Assembly (NCBI GenBank): GCA_035635495.1
Contig: DASQAW010000153.1
Span: 1 to 53,818, forward strand
Source of the DNA: Burkholderiales bacterium
GTDB lineage: Bacteria > Pseudomonadota > Gammaproteobacteria > Burkholderiales > SG8-39
Reading direction: 5' to 3'
Length of the DNA stretch: 53,818 nt
Shown in pieces: positions 1 to 9,182 of the stretch (the stretch's first letter is position 1; every line of letters begins with the position of its first letter). The notes under the pieces were generated by a model. The model saw only the letters and a list, made by a program, of their open reading frames with translations. It did no database searches and was not told the DNA's origin. A program made the position numbers and the translations under genes.

Positions 1-1149
1 GAGCCGATCCGTCTCGGCCTGCTCACCATCAAGACCGGCGCGCTCGCCTCCGGCGGTATCGACATGGAGCGCGGGCTCACCCTCTTCCTGAAGGAGAAGA
101 ACTACACGATGGGCGGCCGCAAGGTCGTCCTCACCGTTGCCGATACCGGCGGCGTACCCGCGCAGGCGCGCACCAAGATGCAGGAGCTGGTGGAGCGCGA
201 GCGCGTGCAGGCGGTTGTCGGCCCGCTGGCCGCATTCGAGGCCCTCGCGATGGACGACTACATCCGCAGCGCACAGATCCCGACGCTGCCGGTGGCCGGC
301 GCCGAGGACATGACCCAGCGCAAGGCGAATCCGTGGTTCGTGCGCGCGACCTCCACCTCCGCCGGCTGCGCGCACCCGATGGCCGACTACTGCGCGAAGC
401 AACTGAAGTACAAGCGCATGGCGGCGATCGCCGACGATTTCGCCTACGGCCACGAGATGCTGGGCGGCTTCCAGAAGGTTTTCGAGGACGCGGGCGGCAC
501 CCTGGTGCAGAAGCTCTTCTCGCCGCTCAACGCCCCCGATTACGGCTCGTACATCGCGCAGCTCAAGCCCGATGTGGACGGCGTGTTTCTCGGCTTCGCC
601 GGGTCGAACGGCTTCCGTTTCTTCAAGCAGGTCAACGAGTACGGGTTGAAGACGCCGATGGCCGGCGGCATGACCGCGTTCGACGAGGTCGCGTTGCGCA
701 ACATGGGCGACTACGCGCTCGGCTCGGTTTCGAGCTGCTGGTACAGCGCGCAGCTCGACAATCCCATCAACCGGCGCTTCGTCGCCGCCTATCGCGCCGA
801 CAACGGCTACGACCCCGGGCAGTACGCCTCCGGCACCTATCTTTACGGCGAAGTGCTGTTCGCGGCGATCGAGGCGCTGAAAGGCCGCATCGAGGACAAG
901 CAGGCGTTCATCAAGGCGCTGCGCGGGGTGCGCGTCGATACGCTGCGCGGCCCGATCGCCTTCGACGAGTTCGGCAATGTGGTGGGCAATATCTACATCC
1001 GCAAGGTCGAGAAAAAGGACGGCCGGCTGGTCAACACGAATATCCACACCTACTCGAACGTGAGCCAGTTCTGGACCTACGATCCGAAGGAATTCCTCAA
1101 GCAGCCGGTCTACTCGCGCGACTGGCCGCCGATGAAGGCGGGCGCATGA
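1..1149 (+). CDS. ABC transporter periplasmic substrate-binding protein, Leu/Ile/Val-binding (LivJ-like) family; 5' end cut by window edge
   Basis: Frame 1 is open from nt 1 (EPIRLGLLTIKTGALASGG precedes the listed Met at 64). Type-I periplasmic binding protein features are present (VVGPLAAFEALAM, NPWFVRATS, DFAYGHE). Stop TGA at 1147-1149. Confidence 0.8.
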   Translation, partial: EPIRLGLLTIKTGALASGGIDMERGLTLFLKEKNYTMGGRKVVLTVADTGGVPAQARTKMQELVERERVQAVVGPLAAFEALAMDDYIRSAQIPTLPVAGAEDMTQRKANPWFVRATSTSAGCAHPMADYCAKQLKYKRMAAIADDFAYGHEMLGGFQKVFEDAGGTLVQKLFSPLNAPDYGSYIAQLKPDVDGVFLGFAGSNGFRFFKQVNEYGLKTPMAGGMTAFDEVALRNMGDYALGSVSSCWYSAQLDNPINRRFVAAYRADNGYDPGQYASGTYLYGEVLFAAIEALKGRIEDKQAFIKALRGVRVDTLRGPIAFDEFGNVVGNIYIRKVEKKDGRLVNTNIHTYSNVSQFWTYDPKEFLKQPVYSRDWPPMKAGA

Positions 1150-1790
1150 GCCGCAAGCAGCGCATCAGCTATTTCCCGCTGGACAAGATGGACGCCGACA
1201 TGCGGCGCGAAATGGAGCGTTGCCAGCGCGAAGGCACGCCGCGGCCGGAGAGTTCGGCGGTGCGCGCTCATGTGCCGGCCGCCTTCTGGGCATTCGCCGA
1301 CTCCTGGCGCGACACCTTCAAGAACGGCGTTTGCGACCACGCGATCAAGGAGCTTTGCCGCCTGTACGTCTCGCGCTCGGTGCAGTGCGATTACTGCGGC
1401 AACCAGCGCTCGATCAAGGCTGCGGGCGCCGGCGTGATCGAGGACCACGTCAAGGACCTGCTGAACTTCGAGAAATCGACCCGGTACAACGAGCGCGAGA
1501 AGGCGGCGCTCGCCTACGCCGAGGCCATCACCTGGCACCTCGACACCGACGACGCGTTCTGGGAGCGGCTGCATCGCCACTTCAGCGAGCCCGAGCTCGT
1601 CGAACTTGGCTGCTTCATCGCGCTCACCATGGGGCAGCAGAGCTGGCTGCGGCTTCTCAACATCGACCATCACCAGGTGCTCGCCGGCACCACCGCATCG
1701 ATGGCGCCCGGCTACGAGACGGCCGACGCCCTGCGCCAGTCGAAGTCTGCCGACGACTACTGGGCACGGAGCAAGTCAACGCGCACTTGA
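1146..1790 (+). CDS. Carboxymuconolactone decarboxylase (AhpD-like) family protein
   Basis: ATG 1146 overlaps the upstream stop (ATGA). 214 aa with a CxxC core (SVQCDYCGNQRS) typical of the CMD/AhpD fold. The listed 485-aa ORF from 333 is an out-of-frame overlap with the upstream gene. Confidence 0.7.
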   Translation: MSRKQRISYFPLDKMDADMRREMERCQREGTPRPESSAVRAHVPAAFWAFADSWRDTFKNGVCDHAIKELCRLYVSRSVQCDYCGNQRSIKAAGAGVIEDHVKDLLNFEKSTRYNEREKAALAYAEAITWHLDTDDAFWERLHRHFSEPELVELGCFIALTMGQQSWLRLLNIDHHQVLAGTTASMAPGYETADALRQSKSADDYWARSKSTRT

Positions 1791-1829
1791 GCCGCGCGTT
1801 GCAGCAAATAACAACCTAGGAGGATGTGG

Positions 1830-2783
1830 ATGAAACGCTGGACGCTTGTATTGCTCGCCGCTCTGGCCACGCAGGCCGCGGCACAGAACTATCCGACCAA
1901 GCCCGTGCACATGATCATCTCGTTCACGCCGGGCAGTTCGACCGACATCGTCGGGCGGATCGTGATTCAGAAGCTCACCGAGATGTGGGGCCAGCCCGTG
2001 GTCCCGGAAAACCGCGCCGGTGCCGGCGGCTCTATCGGCTCGGCCGCGGTCGCCAAGGCCGACCCGGACGGCTACACGCTGCTCATCAACTCGAACGCGC
2101 ACACGGTCAACCCGGCCATCTACGCCAAGCTGCCCTACGACACGCTCGCGGACTTCACCGAAATCGCGCCGCTCGCCGTCCAGCCGAACGTGCTGACGGT
2201 GCGGCCCGACGGTCCCTACAAGACCGTGACGGATCTGGTGAATGCCGCCAAGGCAAAGCCGGGCGCGCTGAACATCGGGCACGCCGGAATCGGTAGCGGC
2301 ACGCACCTGACCACCGAGAAGTTCATTGCCGCCACCGGCATCAAGATCGTGCAGGTGCCCTTCAAGGGCACGCCCGAGGTGATCACCGCCATGTTCAGCG
2401 GCAATGTCGACGCCTACTGGGCGCCGATCTCGGCCGCCATGGGCAGCATCAAAGGAGGCAAGCTGCGCCCGCTCGCGGTGAGCACGCCGAAGCGCAACGC
2501 CCAACTGCCCGACGTGCCGACGCCGCTGGAAGCGGGCATCAAGGGCACCGAATCGCCGCTCTGGTTCGGGCTGTGGGGCCCGGCGAAGATGCCGCCGGAG
2601 TTGGTCAACAAGATCAACGCCGACGTGCGCAAAGCGCTCACCGACGCGTCGGTGAAGGAGCGGCTCACCAACGGTGGCAACGACACGATGGACATGTCGC
2701 CGCAGGAGTTTTCCAAGCTGGTGCGCGAGGAGATCGACGCGAACAAGCGCGTCCTCGCCGCCGCCGGGGTGAAGCCGCAATAG
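1830..2783 (+). CDS. Tripartite tricarboxylate transporter substrate-binding protein (Bug/TctC family)
   Basis: Signal peptide MKRWTLVLLAALATQAAAQ followed by NYPTKPVHMIISFTPGSSTDIVGR, the Bug-family N-terminal signature. AGGAGG at 1818-1823 favours ATG 1830 over ATG 1824. Confidence 0.85.
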   Translation: MKRWTLVLLAALATQAAAQNYPTKPVHMIISFTPGSSTDIVGRIVIQKLTEMWGQPVVPENRAGAGGSIGSAAVAKADPDGYTLLINSNAHTVNPAIYAKLPYDTLADFTEIAPLAVQPNVLTVRPDGPYKTVTDLVNAAKAKPGALNIGHAGIGSGTHLTTEKFIAATGIKIVQVPFKGTPEVITAMFSGNVDAYWAPISAAMGSIKGGKLRPLAVSTPKRNAQLPDVPTPLEAGIKGTESPLWFGLWGPAKMPPELVNKINADVRKALTDASVKERLTNGGNDTMDMSPQEFSKLVREEIDANKRVLAAAGVKPQ

Positions 2784-2789
2784 CGGCGG

Positions 2790-3440
2790 TCAGGCCGCAG
2801 TGGCGAGGCGCCTGAGCGGCACGCCGCTCAAGCGCTGCAGGTCCTCGAACGCCAAGCCGTCCACCATGTCGACGACGTGAAGCCCGTCGGGCTTCACGTC
2901 GATGACCGCAAGGTCGGTGTAGATGCGGTTTACGCAGCGGGCGCCCGTCAGCGGGTAGGTGCAGCGCTCGACGATCTTGCTTTCGCCCTTCTTGGTGAGA
3001 TGCTCCATCATGATGAGCACCTTCTTCGCGCCCATGGCGAGATCCATCGCGCCGCCGACCGCCGGGATCGCATCGGGGCCGCCCGTGTGCCAGTTGGCGA
3101 GGTCGCCCGCGACCGAGACCTGGAACGCGCCGAGCACGGCGAAGTCGAGATGGCGCCCGCGGATCATGCCGAACGAGTCGGCGTGATGGAAATAGGCGCC
3201 GCCGGGAAGCAGCGTGACCGGCTCCTTTCCGGCGTTGATGAGATCCTCGTCCTCCTCGCCGGACGCGGGCCTCGGGCCGATGCCGAGCACGCCATTCTCG
3301 CTATGCAGGATGATCTCGCGCCCCTTCGGCAGATGATCGGCGACCAGCGTCGGCAGCCCGATGCCGAGGTTGACGTAGGAGCCTTCCGGAATGTCGCGCG
3401 CCACGCGCGCGGCCATCTGGTTGCGGTCGAGCTTTTTCAT
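2790..3440 (-). CDS. scoB: 3-oxoacid CoA-transferase subunit B
   Basis: 216 aa starting MKKLDRNQMAARVARDIPEGSYVNLGIGLPTLV, with the catalytic-Glu motif ILHSENGVLG. ATG 3440 overlaps the subunit A stop (ATGA). The rest of the listed 360-aa ORF is shadow. Confidence 0.9.
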   Translation of the reverse strand: MKKLDRNQMAARVARDIPEGSYVNLGIGLPTLVADHLPKGREIILHSENGVLGIGPRPASGEEDEDLINAGKEPVTLLPGGAYFHHADSFGMIRGRHLDFAVLGAFQVSVAGDLANWHTGGPDAIPAVGGAMDLAMGAKKVLIMMEHLTKKGESKIVERCTYPLTGARCVNRIYTDLAVIDVKPDGLHVVDMVDGLAFEDLQRLSGVPLRRLATAA

Positions 3441-4123
3441 CAGGCGGCCTTTCTCAGCGATGGCGCGATCTTGACCACGCGCTGCACGAAGATGCCCGGC
3501 GTCACGATCACCTCGGGATCGAGCGCGCCGAGCGCCACCGTCTCGCGTACCTGCACCACGGTGCACTTGGCGGCCGCAGCCATGATCGGCGCGAAGTTGC
3601 GCGCGGTCTTGCGGTAGGTAAGGTTGCCCCAGCGGTCCGCGCGGTCGGCCCTGATCAGCGCGTAGTCGGCGTGGATCGGATACTCGAGCACGTAGTCGCG
3701 ATCGCCGATGCGCCGCGTTTCCTTGCCTTCGGCGAGGAGCGTGCCATGGGCGGTCGGCGTGAAGAATGCGCCGATGCCGGCGCCCGCGGCGCGGATGCGC
3801 TCGGCCAGCGTGCCCTGCGGCACGAGCTCGAGCTCGAGCTCGCCGGCGCGGTACGCCTTGTCGAAGTGCCACGAATCGGCCTGGCGCGGAAAGGAGCAGA
3901 GGATCTTGCGTACGCGCCTTGCGGCGATCAGCGCGGCGAGTCCGCTGTCGGCGTTGCCCGCGTTGTTGTTGACGATGGTGAGTCCACGTGCGCCCTGGGC
4001 GATCAGCGCGTCGATCAATGCCGCCGGCATGCCGGCATTGCCGAAGCCGCCGATCATGATCGTCGCGCCCTCGGGAATGTCGGCAAGCGCCGCCTCGGCG
4101 CTGGCGAAGAATTTATCGATCAT
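3440..4123 (-). CDS. scoA: 3-oxoacid CoA-transferase subunit A
   Basis: 227 aa. MIDKFFASAEAALADIPEGATIMIGGFGNAGMP and VNNNAGN are family I CoA-transferase alpha-subunit motifs. Immediately upstream of subunit B. Confidence 0.9.
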   Translation of the reverse strand: MIDKFFASAEAALADIPEGATIMIGGFGNAGMPAALIDALIAQGARGLTIVNNNAGNADSGLAALIAARRVRKILCSFPRQADSWHFDKAYRAGELELELVPQGTLAERIRAAGAGIGAFFTPTAHGTLLAEGKETRRIGDRDYVLEYPIHADYALIRADRADRWGNLTYRKTARNFAPIMAAAAKCTVVQVRETVALGALDPEVIVTPGIFVQRVVKIAPSLRKAA

Positions 4124-4268
4124 TGGGGCTGGCCGATTATGGCATCCCCTTCTCTTCAGAACTCACCTTCAGTTGAACACGCAAGTCGTTGATTAAAAGT
4201 GAGAGTTTTTGCTCAGAAATCGCTGTGAAAAATTCCTCTAAGTGCTTGTCGCGGCTCAAGAATTAGCC

Positions 4269-4297
4269 TTGACCCTCTCGCCAATTTTGGGTAAGGT
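4269..4297 (+). promoter_or_regulatory. Candidate sigma70 promoter of the dcw operon (Pmra-like)
   Basis: TTGACC at 4269-4274, a 17-nt spacer, then TAAGGT at 4292-4297, in an AT-richer 209-bp divergent intergenic region upstream of mraZ. Confidence 0.35.
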
Positions 4298-4320
4298 GGC
4301 AAAAGGTAGAAAAAAGTGGC
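4291..4320 (+). promoter_or_regulatory. Candidate MraZ operator: three 10-nt phased direct repeats
   Basis: gtAAGGTGGC / aaAAGGTAGA / aaAAAGTGGC at 4291-4300, 4301-4310 and 4311-4320. GTGG/GTAG/GTGG cores sit exactly 10 bp apart and end 12 nt before the mraZ ATG. Confidence 0.5.
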
Positions 4321-4332
4321 ACAAAGAGCCAT

Positions 4333-4782
4333 ATGGACACGGCGTTTCACGGGGCGGCGGTCATCACGCTCGACGCGAAGGGGCGCGTCGCGGTCCCCAC
4401 GCGCCATCGCGCAGCGCTGCTGCAGTCGGCAAAGTCGCTCGTCCTCACGGCACACCCCGAGGGCTGCGTGCTGATCTATCCAGAGGCGGAATGGGAACCG
4501 GTGCGCGCCAAGGTCGCCTCGTTTCCGAGCTTCGACGCGAAGGCCAGCTGGTGGAAGCGCTTGCTCCTCGGCTTCGAAGAGCATGTCGCGCCCGACGGCT
4601 CTGGCAGGATCCTGCTTGCGCCGGCGTTGCGCCAGCATGCAAAGCTCGAGCGCGACGCCATGATGGTCGGGCAGGGCCACTACTTCGAGCTCTGGGATTC
4701 CGGCGTCTGGTCGGCGAAGCTTGAGCAAGCGCTCTCCAGCGCAGGCGCGCCGCCTGCAGGGATGGAGGGCTTCTCGCTGTGA
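4333..4782 (+). CDS. mraZ: Transcriptional regulator MraZ
   Basis: 149 aa. Two SpoVT/AbrB-like halves (LDAKGRVAVPTRHR and PDGSGRILLAPALR). First gene of the dcw cluster. Confidence 0.93.
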   Translation: MDTAFHGAAVITLDAKGRVAVPTRHRAALLQSAKSLVLTAHPEGCVLIYPEAEWEPVRAKVASFPSFDAKASWWKRLLLGFEEHVAPDGSGRILLAPALRQHAKLERDAMMVGQGHYFELWDSGVWSAKLEQALSSAGAPPAGMEGFSL

Positions 4783-4791
4783 GCGCCGCGC

Positions 4792-5745
4792 ATGCACGAG
4801 CCTGTCCTGCTCAACGAAGCGATCGATGCTCTGGCGATACGCCGCGAGGGGACCTACGTCGACGGCACCTTCGGTCGCGGCGGCCACAGCCGCGCGATCC
4901 TCGAGCGGCTCGGTCCGCAGGGACGGCTGATCGCGCTCGACCGGGATCCCGAGGCCGAGCGCGCGGCGCAGGAGATCCGCGATCCGCGGTTCACTTTTGT
5001 CCGCAGCGCGTTCTCGGCGCTCTCGCAGGCGCTGGGCGAGCGCCAGGTGCAAGGCATGCTTTTCGACCTGGGAGTGTCGTCGCCGCAACTCGACGACCCC
5101 CGGCGCGGCTTTTCGTTTCGCACCGACGGGCCGCTCGACATGCGCATGGATCCGATGCAGGGGGAATCGGCCGCGGAGTGGCTCGCCATGGCTGAAGAAA
5201 AAACAATAAGGGAGGTCATCCGCGACTATGGCGAAGAACGGTTTGCTAAACAGATTGCAGCGTCGATTGTTGCTGCTCGCGGCCGCGAACCCCTCGTCCG
5301 CACCGGGCAACTGGCCGATCTCGTGGCAAAGGCGGTCCGCACACGCGAGCCGGGCCAGGACCCGGCGACGCGCACCTTTCAGGCTCTACGGATTCACGTC
5401 AATCGGGAGCTTGAGGAAGTGTCGGTGATGCTGCCGCAGGCGGCCGCGCACCTCGCCGAAGAGGGCCGCCTCGCGGTGATCAGCTTCCATTCGCTGGAGG
5501 ACCGCATCGTCAAGCGTTTCCTGCAGCGGGCAGCGCGGCCCGAGGTGCCGCGCGGGCTGCCGCTGCGCGAGGCCGAGATGCCGCAGCCGACGCTGAGACT
5601 CATCGGGCGCGCGACCCGCGCGTCCGAAGCCGAAACAAGAAGAAACCCGCGGGCGCGCAGTGCCATCCTCAGGGTGGCGGCGCGCACCGCGGGCACCTTT
5701 CCTTCAACCCTTCGAATCGAGCCCGGCGCGCGGTGGCGAAACTGA
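4792..5745 (+). CDS. rsmH: 16S rRNA (cytosine1402-N4)-methyltransferase RsmH
   Basis: [35 protein letters not shown] and [12 protein letters not shown] motifs. Confidence 0.95.
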   Translation: MHEPVLLNEAIDALAIRREGTYVDGTFGRGGHSRAILERLGPQGRLIALDRDPEAERAAQEIRDPRFTFVRSAFSALSQALGERQVQGMLFDLGVSSPQLDDPRRGFSFRTDGPLDMRMDPMQGESAAEWLAMAEEKTIREVIRDYGEERFAKQIAASIVAARGREPLVRTGQLADLVAKAVRTREPGQDPATRTFQALRIHVNRELEEVSVMLPQAAAHLAEEGRLAVISFHSLEDRIVKRFLQRAARPEVPRGLPLREAEMPQPTLRLIGRATRASEAETRRNPRARSAILRVAARTAGTFPSTLRIEPGARWRN

Positions 5746-6005
5746 ACCTCCTCCTCCTCGCGGTTCTCGTCGCTTGCGCGCTCGGGCTCGTCACTTCTCA
5801 GCACAAGGGTCGCAAGCTCTTCTCCGATCTCGAGCGCGAGCACGAGCGCGCGCGCGAGCTCGACATCGAGTACGGCCGCCTGCAGCTCGAGGCGAGCACC
5901 TGGGGACTGCACTCGCGCGTGGAAAGGATCGCCGCCGGCACGCTCGGCCTGCGCTCGCCTGACCCGCGGCGCGTGCGGCTTGTCGGCCGAGACCGTCCGC
6001 GGTGA
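5733..6005 (+). CDS. ftsL: Cell division protein FtsL
   Basis: 90 aa. Single N-terminal TM ([17 protein letters not shown]) followed by coiled-coil. Lies between rsmH and ftsI. GTG start overlaps rsmH by 13 nt; exact start uncertain. Confidence 0.8.
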   Translation: MAKLNLLLLAVLVACALGLVTSQHKGRKLFSDLEREHERARELDIEYGRLQLEASTWGLHSRVERIAAGTLGLRSPDPRRVRLVGRDRPR

Positions 6006-7738
6006 CCAGCGCGGTGGGAACCGCGGCGCAAGGTCTAGTGCGCCTGCCGGTGTGGCGCGCGCGTTTCGTGGCGGCGGCGCTCCTCGCCGCGTTCGCCGCG
6101 CTCGCGCTGCGCGCGCTCTACCTGCAGGCCCTCAGGACCGACTTCCTGCAGGAAAAGGGCGACGCGCGTTACTCGCGCCTGCTCGAGGTGCCGGCGACGC
6201 GCGGCCGCATCCTCGACCGCAACGGCGACGCGCTCGCCGTATCGACGCCGGTGAAGTCCATCTGGGCGATCCCCTCCGACGTCGAGTTCAATGCCGGGCA
6301 GCGCCGCAAGCTCCTGACCCTGCTCGGCATGCCGGGCGCCGAGCTCGACAAGAAGCTCGCCGGCCCGGCGCGCGACTTCGCCTACCTCAAGCGCCAGGTG
6401 CCGCCCGACACGGCCGAGGCGATAGCCCAGCTCGGCGTGCCGGGCATCTACGAAAGCCGCGAGTACCGGCGCTACTATCCGGCCGGAGAAGTGACCGCGC
6501 ATCTCATCGGCTTTACCGGCGTCGACGACGCCGGCCAGGAAGGCATCGAGCTCGCCCACCAGGACTCGCTCGGCGGCAGAGCCGGGAGCCGGCGCGTCCT
6601 CAAGGACCGCCTCGGCCGCGTGGTCGAGGACGTCGAATCGATTCGCGCGGCGCAGGACGGCAGGGACCTGACGCTGTCGATCGACAGCAAGATCCAGAGC
6701 CTGGCCTACAGCGCGCTCAGAAGCGCGGTGCTGCAGAACCGCGCAAAGGCCGGCGCGCTGGTCGCGCTCGACGTGCGCAGCGGGGAAGTGCTGGCGCTCG
6801 TCAACGTGCCCTCGTTCAACCCCAACAACCGCACGCGGCTCTCGGGCGGGCAGCTGCGCAACCGCGCGATCACCGATCTGTTCGAGCCGGGCTCGACGCT
6901 GAAGCCCTTCACCGTGGCGCTTGCGCTGGAAACCGGCCAGGTCAGCCCCCAGACAGTGATCGCCACCGCGCCGGGAAGAATGACGCTCGCCCACTACACG
7001 ATTCGCGACGTGCATCCGGCGGCGGCGTTGAGCGTGTCGCAGGTGCTGCAGAAATCGTCCAACGTCGGGGCCGCGAAGCTCGCGCTGGCCATGCCGCGGG
7101 AGGCGATGTGGAGTCTCTTTCAGCGGCTCGGATTCGGCGTCGCGCCGGAACTCGGCTTTCCGGGCGCCGCGGCCGGGCGCCTGCGTCCGTACCGCAGCTG
7201 GCGCCCGGTGGAGCAGGCCACCATGGCCTACGGCCACGGCATCTCCCTGAGCCTGATCCAGCTCGCGCGCGCTTACACCATCTTCGCCACCGACGGGGAA
7301 TTGGTGCCGCTCACGCTGGTCAAAAGCCAATCCGGGGCGACCGGCGAGCGGCTGATCTCGGCGCAGAGCGCGCGCGCCGTGCGCGCGATGCTGGAAACGG
7401 CCGTCCAGCCGGGCGGCACGGGTCCGCGGGCGCGCGTAATGGGTTGGCGTGTCGCGGGGAAAACGGGCACTGCCCACAAGCAGGAGAACGGCGGCTACGC
7501 CGCGGACAAATACCTTGCTTCCTTCGTCGGTCTTGCGCCAGTGTCGGCGCCCCGAGTCGTGATCGCGGTCATGATCGACGAGCCCGCGGCCGGGCAGCAT
7601 TACGGCGGCTCGGTCGCCGCGCCGGTCTTCGCTCAGGTGGTTCAGGGCATGCTGCGCCTGCTCGGCGTGCCGCACGATGCGCCGCTCGAGCCGCTCGAGA
7701 CGCCCGCGGGCTCCGAGGAAACCGGGGAGAGCACTTGA
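6002..7738 (+). CDS. ftsI: Peptidoglycan D,D-transpeptidase FtsI (PBP3)
   Basis: 578 aa. SxxK (GSTLKP), SxN (KSSNVG) and KTG (AGKTGTA) motifs. GTGA overlap with ftsL. Confidence 0.95.
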   Translation: MTSAVGTAAQGLVRLPVWRARFVAAALLAAFAALALRALYLQALRTDFLQEKGDARYSRLLEVPATRGRILDRNGDALAVSTPVKSIWAIPSDVEFNAGQRRKLLTLLGMPGAELDKKLAGPARDFAYLKRQVPPDTAEAIAQLGVPGIYESREYRRYYPAGEVTAHLIGFTGVDDAGQEGIELAHQDSLGGRAGSRRVLKDRLGRVVEDVESIRAAQDGRDLTLSIDSKIQSLAYSALRSAVLQNRAKAGALVALDVRSGEVLALVNVPSFNPNNRTRLSGGQLRNRAITDLFEPGSTLKPFTVALALETGQVSPQTVIATAPGRMTLAHYTIRDVHPAAALSVSQVLQKSSNVGAAKLALAMPREAMWSLFQRLGFGVAPELGFPGAAAGRLRPYRSWRPVEQATMAYGHGISLSLIQLARAYTIFATDGELVPLTLVKSQSGATGERLISAQSARAVRAMLETAVQPGGTGPRARVMGWRVAGKTGTAHKQENGGYAADKYLASFVGLAPVSAPRVVIAVMIDEPAAGQHYGGSVAAPVFAQVVQGMLRLLGVPHDAPLEPLETPAGSEETGEST

Positions 7739-7745
7739 ACCCGCC

Positions 7746-9182
7746 ATGGGGCCTTTCCAGCACCTTGCCGCCCAAGGGGCGATGATCGAGCGCCTCACGG
7801 CCGACAGCCGCCGCTGCGTCCCCGGCAGCGCGTTTTTCGCCTATCCCGGCGAAAAAGCCGACGGCCGCGAGTACATTGCCGACGCTCTGCGCCGCGGCGC
7901 CTCGGCCGTGCTGTGGGAGGAGGAACGCTTCGAGTGGCGCGCGGAGTGGCGCGTGCCCAACGCGCCGGTGCGCGACCTCAAGCAGCGCGCCGGAATCCTG
8001 GCCGCGGATTTCCATGGGCGGCCCTCCGAGCAGCTCTGGGTCTGCGGCGTCACCGGCACGAACGGCAAGACTTCCTCCAGTCAGTGGATCGCGGCGGCGC
8101 TCGAGCGCTGCGGCGCGCGGAGCGGCGTCATCGGCACCCTCGGCACCGGCTTTCCGGGCGCCTTGCAGGATGCCGGCAACACCACGCCCGATGCGCTCGA
8201 GCTGCAGGCGACGCTGAGGGAGCTGCGCACCGCCGGCGCGCGCGCCGTGGCGATGGAAGTCTCGTCTCATGGCCTGGCCCAGGGACGGGTGAACGGCGTG
8301 CATTTTTCCTGCGCGCTCTTCACCAATCTCTCGCATGATCACCTCGACTACCACGGGACCATGCAGGCCTACGGCGAAGCGAAGGCGCGGCTCTTCGCGG
8401 CTCCGGGATTGCAAAGCGCGGTGCTGAACCTGGACGACTCGTTCGGCGCCGAGCTGGCGCGCCGGCTCGCCGGACGCGTCCGCAGGATCGGCTACCGCCT
8501 GCGCCCGGTCGCTCGAGGAACCGTGGATGACTGGATCAGCCTCGACGCGGCGATGGGACTCGCGTCGAGCTGGGGCAGCGCGAATCTGACCACTCGCCAG
8601 CTTGGGCGCTTCAATTTTTCCAACATCCTCGGCGTGCTGGGCGTGCTCGTCGCCTACGGTGTGCCGTTCCCCGACGCGGTCCGGCTGGTTGCCGAGCTGC
8701 CGGACGTACCCGGCCGCATGCAAGCGGTGGGCGAGCGGCCGCTGGTAGTGATCGACTACGCGCACACGCCCGATGCGCTCGAGAAGGTGCTCGACGCGCT
8801 GCGGCCGGTCGCGGCCGGGCGTGGCGGCCGCCTGATGGTGGTATTCGGCGCGGGCGGCGACCGCGATCCGGCCAAGCGTCCGCTGATGGGCGCGGTGGCT
8901 TCGCGCAGGGCCGATCGCGTGCTCATCACTTCCGACAATCCGCGCAGCGAGGATCCGCTGCGCATCATCGACGCGGTGGCGAGCGGCGCCGGCGCCCGCG
9001 CCGAGCGCGAGCCGGACCGGCAGCGCGCGATCGAAGCGGCGGTCCTCGGCGCCGCGGCCGAAGACGTGGTGCTGATCGCAGGCAAGGGGCACGAGCGCTA
9101 CCAGGAGATTGCCGGCAAGCGCCTGCCCTTTTCCGATCAGGCGGTGGCGCGCGCCGCGCTCGCCAGGCGGGGACATCGATGA
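7746..9182 (+). CDS. murE: UDP-N-acetylmuramoyl-L-alanyl-D-glutamate--2,6-diaminopimelate ligase MurE
   Basis: Mur ligase P-loop GVTGTNGKTS and the DAP-specifying DNPR motif (ITSDNPRSEDP). ATG 7746 chosen; the listed start 7677 overlaps ftsI. Start uncertain by about 12 codons. Confidence 0.93.
   Translation: MGPFQHLAAQGAMIERLTADSRRCVPGSAFFAYPGEKADGREYIADALRRGASAVLWEEERFEWRAEWRVPNAPVRDLKQRAGILAADFHGRPSEQLWVCGVTGTNGKTSSSQWIAAALERCGARSGVIGTLGTGFPGALQDAGNTTPDALELQATLRELRTAGARAVAMEVSSHGLAQGRVNGVHFSCALFTNLSHDHLDYHGTMQAYGEAKARLFAAPGLQSAVLNLDDSFGAELARRLAGRVRRIGYRLRPVARGTVDDWISLDAAMGLASSWGSANLTTRQLGRFNFSNILGVLGVLVAYGVPFPDAVRLVAELPDVPGRMQAVGERPLVVIDYAHTPDALEKVLDALRPVAAGRGGRLMVVFGAGGDRDPAKRPLMGAVASRRADRVLITSDNPRSEDPLRIIDAVASGAGARAEREPDRQRAIEAAVLGAAAEDVVLIAGKGHERYQEIAGKRLPFSDQAVARAALARRGHR

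Noticed and set aside
333-1790. 485-aa ORF that would fuse an N-terminal extension to the CMD-family protein. Analogous extended ORFs lie at 10225-11619, 10548-12959, 14574-16544, 17062-18357, 33483-35159 and 50279-52186.
   Set aside because: The upstream parts overlap the preceding real gene out of frame and are low-complexity. Each real gene starts at an ATG/GTG that overlaps the upstream stop codon, and the recognisable N-terminal motif begins there.
4213-5310. 365-aa minus-strand ORF crossing the scoA-mraZ intergenic region, mraZ and rsmH
   Set aside because: It is antisense to two well-supported genes and runs through the AT-rich promoter region. It has no domain-like sequence.
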